DNA from: an uncultured Verrucomicrobiota bacterium
GTDB taxonomy: Bacteria; Verrucomicrobiota; Verrucomicrobiia; Limisphaerales; JAEYXS01
Assembly: GCA_964589735.1 (NCBI GenBank)
Contig: CAZPUL010000025.1
Coordinates: 529-64,528, forward strand
Direction of reading: 5' to 3'
Length of the DNA stretch: 64,000 nucleotides
The notes under the pieces were generated by a model, which made no database searches, was not told the DNA's origin, and saw nothing but the letters and a program-made list of their open reading frames with translations. A program made the position numbers and the translations under genes. Below, piece by piece: positions 25,737 to 34,779 of this stretch (positions are counted from its first letter, which is position 1; each line of letters starts with the position of its first letter).

Positions 25737-26789
25737 TCAGGTCAATTCCTCGAACGCATCAATCTGCTGGCTCGAGCGATGCTTATCCTGCTCGGAAAAG
25801 TCCTCCTGCGGATCGAAGAAAATGATCTGGCTGCCCGAGAACTCGAACTCGAACGGCACATGAATGAGCCGACAGAGCTTCTCCCGGATCTTCGCATGCG
25901 TCTCTGGCGGTGCAAAAAGCAGCAGAAAACCGCCTCCACCCGCCCCTAAGAGCTTGCCGCCCAAGGCTCCCGCTTCCCGTGCCTCGATGTAAAGCTGGTC
26001 CACGCGATCGTTGGAAATCTTATCCCCCAAGCTGCGTTTCGCTTGCCACGCTTCGTGAAGGAGGTTGCCGAACGGATCCAAGTTCCCTTTCCCGCTCAGG
26101 ATACCCGCGCTCTCATCCACCATCTCGCGCATCCGATGCAGCACTGCCGTCTTCTTGCCCATATCCGTGACATAAGAGGACGCCACACTGGACGCGGTGC
26201 GCTTGATGCCCGTGTAGAAGAGCAGCAGATGCTTATTCAACTCATGCAACCGTTCCGTCGCCAAAGTCACCGGCCGCACCGAGAACTCATCGTTCTTGCT
26301 GAACGAAATCTGATTGAACCCACCATAAGCCGCCGCCACTTGATCCTGCGAACCGACGGTTTCCTTCAGAATCTCCTGCTCGATTTTGATGCTTTCCTCG
26401 GCCAGTTGTTTCTTACCGACCATCCGCCCCTTCAAGGCATAGAGCGCATGCAGCAAGCCCACCGTGAACGCCGAGCTGGAGCCCATACCACTGCGCCCCG
26501 GCAAATCACCGTCATGATGGATCTCCACCCCACGATGCAGGTCCAAGAAGCGCAACACCTCACGCGCCGAAGGATGCACGATCTCATCAATCGTCTTGCA
26601 GTCCTCGATCTTCGAATACACCACACGGATGCGGTGTTCAAAGAATGGCGGCAGATAGCGCACCGTCAGGTAGCAATACTTGTTGATCGTCGCGCCCATC
26701 ACCGCGCCGCCATGCTGGCGATACCACAACGGATAATCCGTGCCCCCGCCGAAGAACGAGATGCGAAAAGGTGTGCGGCTAATGATCAT
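25737..26789 (-). CDS. GHMP-family sugar kinase (HddA / heptose-7-phosphate kinase-like)
   Basis: N-terminal ISRTPFRISFFGGGTDYP and the GHMP ATP motif GDLPGRSGMGSSSAF. Confidence 0.8.
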   Translation of the reverse strand: MIISRTPFRISFFGGGTDYPLWYRQHGGAVMGATINKYCYLTVRYLPPFFEHRIRVVYSKIEDCKTIDEIVHPSAREVLRFLDLHRGVEIHHDGDLPGRSGMGSSSAFTVGLLHALYALKGRMVGKKQLAEESIKIEQEILKETVGSQDQVAAAYGGFNQISFSKNDEFSVRPVTLATERLHELNKHLLLFYTGIKRTASSVASSYVTDMGKKTAVLHRMREMVDESAGILSGKGNLDPFGNLLHEAWQAKRSLGDKISNDRVDQLYIEAREAGALGGKLLGAGGGGFLLLFAPPETHAKIREKLCRLIHVPFEFEFSGSQIIFFDPQEDFSEQDKHRSSQQIDAFEELT

Positions 26790-26792
26790 AAG

Positions 26793-27335
26793 CTAGGCAA
26801 TCACTCCGGTTTTATTGGCCAGATAGTCTTTCAATGGTTCCCAGACCGGCGGCACCATCTGCTCCCACGGCGGTAACGTCTCGCGTGAAAAAAACTCCAA
26901 TGTCTCGCTCTCATGACTCTTGAGCAGATCGCCGCCCTTGATACGCGCCACCAATACTACATCAAGTTTCTGCGTCACATCGCCATTGTCCGCAAAATAC
27001 ACGATGCGATATTGCGGCCCGGAATAGACGCCTTGCAGTCTGACGATTTCCACGTCCAAGCCTGTCTCTTCCTTCACCTCACGCACCGCCGCTGCTTCAA
27101 AAGATTCGCCCAGATCCAGCGCTCCACCGCACAACCCCCAGAGCCCGCAATCGCGCCGTTGCTCCAGCAGGATATGCCCCCGGTCATCCTCGATAATGAT
27201 CCCCACCCCGAACCGCTGCCGCGTGATGGCGCTCAGCGGACGCGGCGCAAACATGCCATCGGCCAGGGTGATCATGGCTCCAGAGTGCGCGGATAACGGC
27301 CATGGTGGCAAGCTCGCGGTGCTCATGCGAACCAC
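26793..27335 (-). CDS. Nudix hydrolase
   Basis: Canonical Nudix box GGALDLGESFEAAAVREVKEETGL. The start is uncertain (27335 or 27275). Confidence 0.8.
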   Translation of the reverse strand: MVRMSTASLPPWPLSAHSGAMITLADGMFAPRPLSAITRQRFGVGIIIEDDRGHILLEQRRDCGLWGLCGGALDLGESFEAAAVREVKEETGLDVEIVRLQGVYSGPQYRIVYFADNGDVTQKLDVVLVARIKGGDLLKSHESETLEFFSRETLPPWEQMVPPVWEPLKDYLANKTGVIA

Positions 27336-28057
27336 CTCTCGTTTTGCCGCACAAACGCCGTCGCCTGCGGCAATGTCTCCGGCGTGCCGATATCGAGGAA
27401 TTCACACTCCGCTTCCACCACGCGCAAGCTCTTCCCCTCTTTCAACAAACCGCCAAACACATCACGCTCAAAACTCAATGGCCTCTGCGCCGGGAACCCC
27501 TTCAGCACTTCATCCCGCAGCAGATACACGCCCGCATTGATGAGGCCCGCTCCCGGCCGTTTCTCCTCAAAGCTCACGAGCTGTTTCTGCCCATTCACCT
27601 TGAGCGTGCCATACCGCGACGCGTCCTCCATCTGCAGACCGAGCAAGCCTCCCGCATCACTCTCGTCTACCGCACGCCAAAGCGGAGCCAACTCAGCGAG
27701 CGCGAGCGAATCTCCATTCAGCACCAGCCACGCCTTGGGCGTCCAGCCGGTGTCTTGCGCCGTCTGCCAGAAACCGCCCGCTGTCCCCAGCGGATCCGTC
27801 TCCCGCACACATTTCGTTTCCACACCGCTGACCGGTTTGGTTTGAAAATGCGCCTCGATGGTATCGCCGAGATAGCCCGTGGAGAGGCCGATGCGCGTGA
27901 TGCCTTGCCGCTTCAGGTAGCGGACCACCCATTCCACGAAGGGTTTGTCCGCCACCGGCGCCATCGGCTTCGGCAGGTCCGCCAGCAGATGCCGGATGCG
28001 CGTGCCAAATCCCCCCGCCAGAACCACCGCCGCGATCTCTGATGCTTCCAACCCCAC
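27323..28057 (-). CDS. sugar-1-phosphate nucleotidyltransferase (HddC-like)
   Basis: N-terminal VVLAGGFGTRIRHLLADLPKPMAPV signature. About 240 aa with a GTG start. Confidence 0.8.
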   Translation of the reverse strand: MGLEASEIAAVVLAGGFGTRIRHLLADLPKPMAPVADKPFVEWVVRYLKRQGITRIGLSTGYLGDTIEAHFQTKPVSGVETKCVRETDPLGTAGGFWQTAQDTGWTPKAWLVLNGDSLALAELAPLWRAVDESDAGGLLGLQMEDASRYGTLKVNGQKQLVSFEEKRPGAGLINAGVYLLRDEVLKGFPAQRPLSFERDVFGGLLKEGKSLRVVEAECEFLDIGTPETLPQATAFVRQNERWFA

Positions 28058-28072
28058 GCGCTTCCTTGTCCC

Positions 28073-29005
28073 TTACACGTTCGAGTAGATCGTGTTTCGG
28101 ATGATGGTGTACGTCTTGATCAATTCCACGATGCCGCGGTCCAAGTCCCAGTCCGGCTTGTAGCCCGTCGCCGCGATGCGTGCGTTCGACACAATATAAT
28201 CACGCTTGTCCGGGTCTTCGCCGATCGGCGCCTCGATGAACACGAACTTCGGCAGATGCTTCTGGATCACCGCGCACAGCTCGAGCTTGGACAGGTTCGC
28301 ATCATCCAAACCGACGTTGTAAGCCTTACCCTTCATCGATTCAAAATTCTCCAGGCCATGTGTGAACGCCTTTGCCACGTCACGGATGTGGATGTAATTG
28401 CGCTTGAAGTGACCTTCGAAGATCACCACCGCGCGATCATGCACTGCGCGATACACAAAGTCATTCACCAGCAAGTCGAGACGCATGCGCGGCGCGGCAC
28501 CGAACACCGTCGCCAGACGGAAGCTGATGCTGTTCTCGCGACTCAGCACAGCTTCTTCTGCCTTCACCTTCGTCACGCCATAAGTCGAGAGCGGGCGCAG
28601 CGGAGAATCTTCCGTGCAATGCTTGCCCTTCTCGCCGATGCCATAGCCGCTGTTCGTCACCGGCATCACCACCCACTGCTCGTTGCTCGCCAGTTTGCAG
28701 ATCATCTCCACGGCGTTCTGGTTCGTCGTCGTGGTCGCGATCTGGTCCGTATTGCACAGCGGCACGCCGACTAGAGCAGCCAGCGGGATGATCACATCGG
28801 CCTTCGCCACCAGCGGCTTCACGATGGATTCTTCGCGCGCATCGCCACGCACCACCTGGAACGTATCGTAATGGCAGCAGTCCAGCAGGCTGTTCTGACC
28901 GAAGTAAAAATTGTCCAACACCGTCACCTCATGCCCCTGCGCCAAAAGAGTCGGCACAATGATCGAACCCAAGTAACCCGCACCACCAGTGATAAGAATC
29001 TTCAT
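28073..29005 (-). CDS. NAD-dependent epimerase/dehydratase (extended SDR)
   Basis: ILITGGAGYLGS Rossmann motif and a YGVTK (YxxxK) catalytic motif. Confidence 0.8.
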   Translation of the reverse strand: MKILITGGAGYLGSIIVPTLLAQGHEVTVLDNFYFGQNSLLDCCHYDTFQVVRGDAREESIVKPLVAKADVIIPLAALVGVPLCNTDQIATTTTNQNAVEMICKLASNEQWVVMPVTNSGYGIGEKGKHCTEDSPLRPLSTYGVTKVKAEEAVLSRENSISFRLATVFGAAPRMRLDLLVNDFVYRAVHDRAVVIFEGHFKRNYIHIRDVAKAFTHGLENFESMKGKAYNVGLDDANLSKLELCAVIQKHLPKFVFIEAPIGEDPDKRDYIVSNARIAATGYKPDWDLDRGIVELIKTYTIIRNTIYSNV

Positions 29006-29025
29006 ATTTGAGTTTTATTAGCTAA

Positions 29026-30234
29026 CTAGCGCGGATAGGCCTTGGCAACCAGATTTGCGATCTCCCCACCGATCGCCAGCGACGCCGTCGCCCCCGGACT
29101 CGGCGCATTCAACACGTGAACCGCCTGATTTTTGCATACCAAAGAGAAATCCTGCACCAACGTCCCATCATTGCCCATCGCCTGCGCACGCACCCCGGCT
29201 CCGCCCGGTTCCAGGTCACCCACCTGCACCGCCGGCACCAATCGTTGTAACGATTCGCAGAACAGTTTCTTGCTGAATGACCGCTGGATCTCATCCCAGC
29301 ACATGCTCGGATACTGCGCCATGAACTTCCACAACCCGCCAAACGTCAACGCATCCGCCAAGTCTTCCACATTCACATCCTGCTTGCGATACCCCTCGCG
29401 CGCGAAGGCCAGCACCGCATTCGGCCCCGCCTCCACGCCGCCATGGATCATCCGCGTGAAATGCACTCCGAGGAATGGAAACTTCGGGTCCGGCACCGGA
29501 TAGATCAGATGCTTCACCAGATGTTCCCGGTCCTTGCGCAGTTGGTAATACTCGCCGCGGAACGGCACGATCCGCACCTCGCGCTCCTCACCCGCCAGCT
29601 CGCAAACGCGATCCGAGTGCAACCCGGCGCAATTCACCAGGAACTTGCTCTTGAACGTCCCCGCCGCCGTCAGCGCCACCCACTCGCCACTATGAAATCT
29701 CAGCGACTCCACCTTCGCCCCCGTGACCACTTGCCCGCCCATCCGTGAAATCTCACTCACCATCGCCGCACAAACTCCGGCGTAATCCACAATCCCCTCC
29801 TGCGGCACGCGCAACGCCGCCAGCCCCGCCACGTTCGGCTCGATCTCCCGCATCTCCTCCGCGCTCAACCAACGCAAACCCTCCAGCCCGTTCTTCGTGC
29901 CGCGATCCTGCAAATCCTTGAGCCGCTCCACCTCCGCCGCATCCGTCGCCACCACCAGCTTCCCGCAGATCTCATGCTTGATGCCGTGCTGCTGGCAGAA
30001 CGCCGTCATCTCGCGGATGCCATTCACCGCCATGCGCGCCTTGATGGACCCCGGCTTGTAATACAACCCGCAATGCAGCACCCCGCTGTTATGCGTGCTC
30101 TGATGCCGCCCCACACCCGCTTCCTTTTCCAAGACACGCACGCGCTTGCCCGGATTCGCCTCGCACAAGCGCAAAGCCGTTCCGAGCCCGACCAGCCCGC
30201 CACCCACCACAATGATGTCCGCCATTTCACTCAT
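29026..30234 (-). CDS. lhgO: L-2-hydroxyglutarate oxidase/dehydrogenase
   Basis: IIVVGGGLVGLG FAD motif, HQSTHNSGVLHCGLYYKPGS, PFRGEYY, LIYPVPDPKFPFLGVHFT and NAPSPGATASL match the LhgO/YgaF pattern. ATG at 30234. The longer track ORF reads into a purine-rich leader. Confidence 0.85.
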   Translation of the reverse strand: MSEMADIIVVGGGLVGLGTALRLCEANPGKRVRVLEKEAGVGRHQSTHNSGVLHCGLYYKPGSIKARMAVNGIREMTAFCQQHGIKHEICGKLVVATDAAEVERLKDLQDRGTKNGLEGLRWLSAEEMREIEPNVAGLAALRVPQEGIVDYAGVCAAMVSEISRMGGQVVTGAKVESLRFHSGEWVALTAAGTFKSKFLVNCAGLHSDRVCELAGEEREVRIVPFRGEYYQLRKDREHLVKHLIYPVPDPKFPFLGVHFTRMIHGGVEAGPNAVLAFAREGYRKQDVNVEDLADALTFGGLWKFMAQYPSMCWDEIQRSFSKKLFCESLQRLVPAVQVGDLEPGGAGVRAQAMGNDGTLVQDFSLVCKNQAVHVLNAPSPGATASLAIGGEIANLVAKAYPR

Positions 30235-30701
30235 AATCCAATAACCCGCGCATCCTCCACACAACCCGCCCCGCCGACAAGCCTGCTGCAATCCTCGTCG
30301 TCGTCCTTCGTCCTCGTCCTCGATTCCCCCCTCTCTCGACATTCTCTTCTCCTTCTTCATCTACACCCAATCTGCCACAAGCCTTTCGTCTCCGTTATTC
30401 TTAACCTCGCTATTCCTCACTATTCTCGGACAAAATTTCATTTCCATCCCCGCATCCTGCCATCTTCGCCGCTTTACCTCTAACCATGCATCTCACTACA
30501 TCCCACTGCATCCACACAAAATCGCTCTTTCTTGCCTCCAAACTGCCACATCTCACAGCGTTAGCCTCCGGTGTGGCCGGTACGCTCCATGGAGACAAAA
30601 TTTCAGGATATTACTCTCTCACGTCAAAGTTCCGCCTTCAGGCGGTTCGGACCGGCCCATTCCAGTTTGACGTGTCCCTCCATTTATGACTCCATAGTTT
30701 C

Positions 30702-30983
30702 GTGCCCAAGGTTTTTGATTATGCTTACCCAGACCTCAAGAAAGGCATCCGTTGGTGTTGCCTCATCGGCGGGGCCTTTGCCCTTCTCTGGCTGGGATTG
30801 TGGAGCTGGCTTGCCGCAACGGAAGTCGAGGATGGGTCTTGTCTGCGCTTCGGTGATTCTTGGTGGACGTTAGCCAATTGGTGGGCATTAACGAAGTCCG
30901 CCGCGACCATCTTTCTTTACACCGGGATTCCCTCCGGAATTATGGCCGCGTTTCGCCCTGAGTTCAGCACCCCAGCACGTTGA
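30702..30983 (+). CDS. hypothetical small membrane protein (93 aa, GTG start)
   Basis: Two hydrophobic, Trp-rich segments. No family recognised. Confidence 0.35.
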   Translation: MPKVFDYAYPDLKKGIRWCCLIGGAFALLWLGLWSWLAATEVEDGSCLRFGDSWWTLANWWALTKSAATIFLYTGIPSGIMAAFRPEFSTPAR

Positions 30984-31041
30984 GACTCGGTGCTTGAGTT
31001 GAATCAAACAACACACCGGAGCATTCGGATTCACTCCTTCA

Positions 31042-31863
31042 TCATCTCCCCAAAACCACCCTCGTCCCCGCCACCAGCGCATCCACCCTCGGTCTCAAAG
31101 GATAATCCGAGGGTGCCTCCAGTGTGTAAGACAGGCGCGTCTTGTACTGCAGCAGGTAAAACGCCTCCGGCCATTGCGGTCGTGAGGCCGGATCAATGCT
31201 GGGCCGGATGATACCGCCCTGCGCCGGACGCCCCTCGATCTCACTCGACGTATCGATTGGACATACCGGTCGCACCGCCTCAATCATCGGCTCCGCATAC
31301 GAAGGCACACCATCCGGATTCAGCTCATAGACATAGAAGCCATGGCTCTCCCAATCCTCATGCAGACACAGCGCCACATCATACTTCGGCTGCTTTTCCA
31401 GCCACGCGATATGGGCGACCACCTCCGGTTCTTTTGAGCCATGATACTCCCGGTTCAGATCCACCTTGTTCCGGTTCTCCCGGGTATTGGCGGGAAAGCC
31501 GGTGGGATTCAGACAGGGCAAAAGCCACACCTCCGCATCGTCCGGCCATTCATTCTCCTCCAGCAACCGCAACGCTGCCAACGGTCCCGCCGGTTCATCT
31601 CCGTGCATGCCCGTGGAGATGTAGATGCGCCGTTTAGGATTCGCTACCGGACGATGAAACACCCACAAACATAGATCCTCCGTGCAGCGAAGCTGCTCCG
31701 TCTCCCAGCCAAATCTCTTCGCCGCCGCCACCGAAGTATCCAGCACTTTGGCTATATCCAAGGTCTCGCCATGATAGGCACCTTTGTTCAGCAGTAACCG
31801 TCGAATGGGCGTTTCGCTCATCGCCCCGGAATGAAACGCAGGAAGCCCCTCGGTGCAAGTCAC
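31042..31863 (-). CDS. M14-family zinc carboxypeptidase-like / succinylglutamate desuccinylase-aspartoacylase-like protein
   Basis: ISTGMHGDEPAG (HxxE zinc site) and LCLHEDWES. An alternative start is at 31821. Confidence 0.65.
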   Translation of the reverse strand: MTCTEGLPAFHSGAMSETPIRRLLLNKGAYHGETLDIAKVLDTSVAAAKRFGWETEQLRCTEDLCLWVFHRPVANPKRRIYISTGMHGDEPAGPLAALRLLEENEWPDDAEVWLLPCLNPTGFPANTRENRNKVDLNREYHGSKEPEVVAHIAWLEKQPKYDVALCLHEDWESHGFYVYELNPDGVPSYAEPMIEAVRPVCPIDTSSEIEGRPAQGGIIRPSIDPASRPQWPEAFYLLQYKTRLSYTLEAPSDYPLRPRVDALVAGTRVVLGR

Positions 31864-31928
31864 AATGTGATTCCCAAGTATCTATGCCGCCCTGATTACA
31901 CTGAAAGGAACAAATGTTCTCCCTCTCC

Positions 31929-31972
31929 CCTCAACGGGGAGAGGGCTGGGGTGAGGGGTGAGACCGCTAGAA
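31929..31972 (+). repeat. REP-like hairpin repeat ('GERAGVRG' element), copy 3
   Basis: ctccctctcccctcaacggggagagggctggggtgaggggtgag. Confidence 0.7.
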
Positions 31973-31990
31973 CCGGCCGAAACGAAAATC

Positions 31991-33058
31991 TTACTTCACA
32001 CAAACTTCTTCATGCTCGTGCGTATGCTCATGATCGCCGCAGCCGCCTTCTTTGGCTCCCTTGCACCCGAGCGGATGCTTGTCGCCCTTGAACGGAGGAC
32101 GCATGGCCAGGCCCAGCAATTCCAGCATCGCCTTGTCTTCGTCGTAATCCGGCGAAGGCACGGCCGAGGTCAGCATGCTCTTTGTCTCCGAGGAGAAAAT
32201 CGAATTCGCGCCCGCCAGGAAACAGAATGCCTGTTCGGAAACCGAAAGCTTCGCGCGACCGGCCGAGAGCCGCACCATGCTGCGCGGCATCAAAATGCGC
32301 GCCGTGGCGATCATCCGCAACGCTTCCGTGAACGGCACATCCGGCGCATCTGCCATCGGTGTGCCAGGGACCTTGGAAAGAATGTTCACCGGCACCGACT
32401 CCGGATGCGGCTCCATGTGCGACAACGTGTGGAGCAGATCCACGCGGTCATTGATCGTCTCACCCAAACCGAGGATGCCACCCGTGCAAAGCGTCACACT
32501 TGTCTTGCGCACATTCTCCAGCGTGTTGAGCCGGTCTTCATACGTGCGCGTTGTGATGACGGATTTGTAATGCGAGGCCGAAGTGTCGAGATTGTGATTG
32601 TACGCGTAAAGCCCTGCTTCCTCGAGGCGCTTGGCCTGCGATTCATTCAGCATGCCCAGCGTGCAGCACACTTCCACGCCCATGTCCGTGACTTCACGCA
32701 CCATCTCCAGCACTTTATCGAACTGGTCGTTATCTTTTGCCGAACGCCACGCCGCCCCCATGCACACCCGGCTCACACCGCTTTCCTTCGCCCGCTTGGC
32801 GATGTCGATGACCGCGCACTTGTCCATCAACTCCTGCCGCTCGATGCCCGTCTGGTAACGCGACGACTGTGAGCAATACGAGCAATCCTCCGGGCACGCG
32901 CCCGTCTTGATGGAGATCAGTTTGCAGACCTGCACCTCGCTCGGGTCCGGCTGCTCGCGATGCACCGCAGCGGCGCGGAACACGAGGTCCAGTAAGGGCA
33001 TATCGTGAATCGCGCGGATCTCTTCCCGCGTCCAGTCGTGGCGTAAGGCAGTGGTCAT
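31991..33058 (-). CDS. bioB: biotin synthase
   Basis: Radical SAM motif [11 protein letters not shown], plus YNHNLDTS and [11 protein letters not shown] at 33058. The C-terminus carries a Cys/His-rich tail. Confidence 0.93.
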   Translation of the reverse strand: MTTALRHDWTREEIRAIHDMPLLDLVFRAAAVHREQPDPSEVQVCKLISIKTGACPEDCSYCSQSSRYQTGIERQELMDKCAVIDIAKRAKESGVSRVCMGAAWRSAKDNDQFDKVLEMVREVTDMGVEVCCTLGMLNESQAKRLEEAGLYAYNHNLDTSASHYKSVITTRTYEDRLNTLENVRKTSVTLCTGGILGLGETINDRVDLLHTLSHMEPHPESVPVNILSKVPGTPMADAPDVPFTEALRMIATARILMPRSMVRLSAGRAKLSVSEQAFCFLAGANSIFSSETKSMLTSAVPSPDYDEDKAMLELLGLAMRPPFKGDKHPLGCKGAKEGGCGDHEHTHEHEEVCVK

Positions 33059-33198
33059 GCTTAATTCCGGGCGGCTGTTCTGGTTGAAATTCGCGTCAAC
33101 CAATCATCGCCCGATGGTTGACACCATACGCTGATGTCGCTGTGAGGCAAGCAGAACTGACTTGAAAAATGGCCTAATTCATCCCGGAAAGGTTCGCC

Positions 33199-33618
33199 TC
33201 ACCCCTCCACCATCAGCACCGGCTTCTCCCACGTATGCAAGGGGTTCCGGGTGTAATCGTTCGCTTCCAGCTCCCCCAGCCAGCGGCAGATGAGGTCTTG
33301 CGCCACCGCCACGTTGAAATGTTCATGCCGCACCGGGTATTGCTTCAGGTTGTTCTGCGCCAGCCGGAACAAGGCTGCCGAGGGTTTCAGCCGTTCCTTC
33401 TGCAGATGCACAAACGCCCCGGCCAGTTGGATAAGCCCCTTGTAGTAGGCGTAGTTCGGGCTCTGGCGGTCCAGCAACCACAGATCCTCCAGCACATCAT
33501 GCGCCTCGTAAAAGAGCTGCCGGTTGAAGCATTCAAAAAAACCGATGTAATGCGCATCCAGAGCCTGCCCCTGCCAGGTCTCAATCATCGCCGCAATCTT
33601 CGCGCTCTTTTTGCTCAC
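33199..33618 (-). CDS. DUF309-domain protein
   Basis: FECFNRQLFYEAHDVLEDLW matches the DUF309 signature (F..g.YfEAHE.lE..W). Confidence 0.7.
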   Translation of the reverse strand: MSKKSAKIAAMIETWQGQALDAHYIGFFECFNRQLFYEAHDVLEDLWLLDRQSPNYAYYKGLIQLAGAFVHLQKERLKPSAALFRLAQNNLKQYPVRHEHFNVAVAQDLICRWLGELEANDYTRNPLHTWEKPVLMVEG

Positions 33619-33768
33619 GCCCGGAATGTAAGCCGCTACTCCGGCCGAGGGAAGCCCAGCGTGCCAGCTTGCCTTTCCGGTTGCGCATCACGAATCACGC
33701 TTTGCGAATCCATCAATTCTCCCACCCGAAAAATTGACAACCCCCGCCCTGTTCCCCACTCTCACCTC

Positions 33769-34740
33769 ATGGTGAAACCAGTATTAGGACGAGGCTTGGG
33801 TGCGTTGTTAGGCGGAGCCGGTGCGGCGAAGCCCGCCCCTGCCGCTCCCGCCGCCGCGCCCGCTTCCCCTTTTGCTGCCCCAGCGGCACCCTTCACGCCC
33901 GCTCCCGCCGCCCCAGCGCCTGCGGTGCCTGCCGGTGAAGTCATCCGCAAGGTGCCTTTAAGCGAAATCCATCCCTGCGCCTTTCAGCCCCGCAAAGATT
34001 TCGCCCCCGAAGCCATCCAGGACCTCGCCGCCTCCATCAAGGAACAAGGCATCGTCCAGCCCCTGCTCGTCCGCAAGAGCGCCGATGGCTACGAACTCAT
34101 CGCCGGGGAACGCCGCTGGCGCGCCGCCCAGGTCGTCGGTCTGAGCGAAGTCCCCGTCATCGTCCGCGAAGCCACGGATGCCCAACTGCTTGAGCTCGCC
34201 CTCATCGAGAACCTCCAGCGCGAGAACCTGAATCCCATCGAGGAAGCGCTCGGCTACAATCAATTGCTCGGCCAGTTCGGCCTTACCCAGGAACAAGTTT
34301 CTACCAAGGTCGGCAAAAGCCGTGCGGCGGTCGCCAACGCTCTCCGTCTGCTCAAGCTCGCACCTGAACTCCAAGGCTACCTCCGCCATGGCCAGATTTC
34401 CGTCGGTCACGCCAAGGTCATCCTCGGCCTCGTCATCGAAGCCGAGCAAAAGCTAGCCGCCGAACGCATCATCAAGGACGGCCTGAGCGTCCGTGAAACG
34501 GAAGAACTGGTCGCCGGGATGCTGGGTAAAAACAGCGCCTCGGAAGGCGTCCGGCACAGTGCCAAGAAAACGCCCCCGAAAGATGCCCACGTGGCCGACC
34601 TCGAGCGCAAGTTGCAGGAGCGCTTCGGCACCCGCGTGGCCCTGAAATACAAGGCCGGCAAGGGCTCGGTGGAGATCCGATTTTTCAATGACGACGACCT
34701 GGAGCGTGTGCTGCAAGTCGCCGGCATTCAGATGGACTAA
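33769..34740 (+). CDS. parB: ParB/Spo0J chromosome-partitioning protein
   Basis: GRGLGALL start, GIVQPLLVR, LIAGERRWRAA and ENLQRENLNPIEEA. ATG at 33769. The upstream part of the track ORF is antisense to the DUF309 gene. Confidence 0.92.
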   Translation: MVKPVLGRGLGALLGGAGAAKPAPAAPAAAPASPFAAPAAPFTPAPAAPAPAVPAGEVIRKVPLSEIHPCAFQPRKDFAPEAIQDLAASIKEQGIVQPLLVRKSADGYELIAGERRWRAAQVVGLSEVPVIVREATDAQLLELALIENLQRENLNPIEEALGYNQLLGQFGLTQEQVSTKVGKSRAAVANALRLLKLAPELQGYLRHGQISVGHAKVILGLVIEAEQKLAAERIIKDGLSVRETEELVAGMLGKNSASEGVRHSAKKTPPKDAHVADLERKLQERFGTRVALKYKAGKGSVEIRFFNDDDLERVLQVAGIQMD

Positions 34741-34779
34741 ACTACGGTCGCCAGTTGGTGGCCGTTGCCAAGGCCAACC

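Noticed and set aside
29026-30360. Longer lhgO ORF starting at 30360 (MKKEKRMSREGGIEDEDEGRRRG...)
   Set aside because: The extension is a translation of the purine-rich leader. The FAD-binding GxGxxG motif follows the internal Met at 30234, which matches the N-terminus of LhgO-type enzymes.
30478-30567. CTCTAAC ... GTTAGCC pair resembling attC boundary boxes
   Set aside because: The arms are not inverted repeats. catctcac occurs as a direct repeat, not an inverted one. The boxes deviate from RYYYAAC/GTTRRRY, and no cassette-like ORF phasing is present.
33235-33768. N-terminal 178 codons of the 501-aa ORF containing parB
   Set aside because: This part is antisense to the DUF309 gene and is Arg/Pro/Gln-rich. 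ParB homology begins at MVKPVLGRGLGALL (33769).
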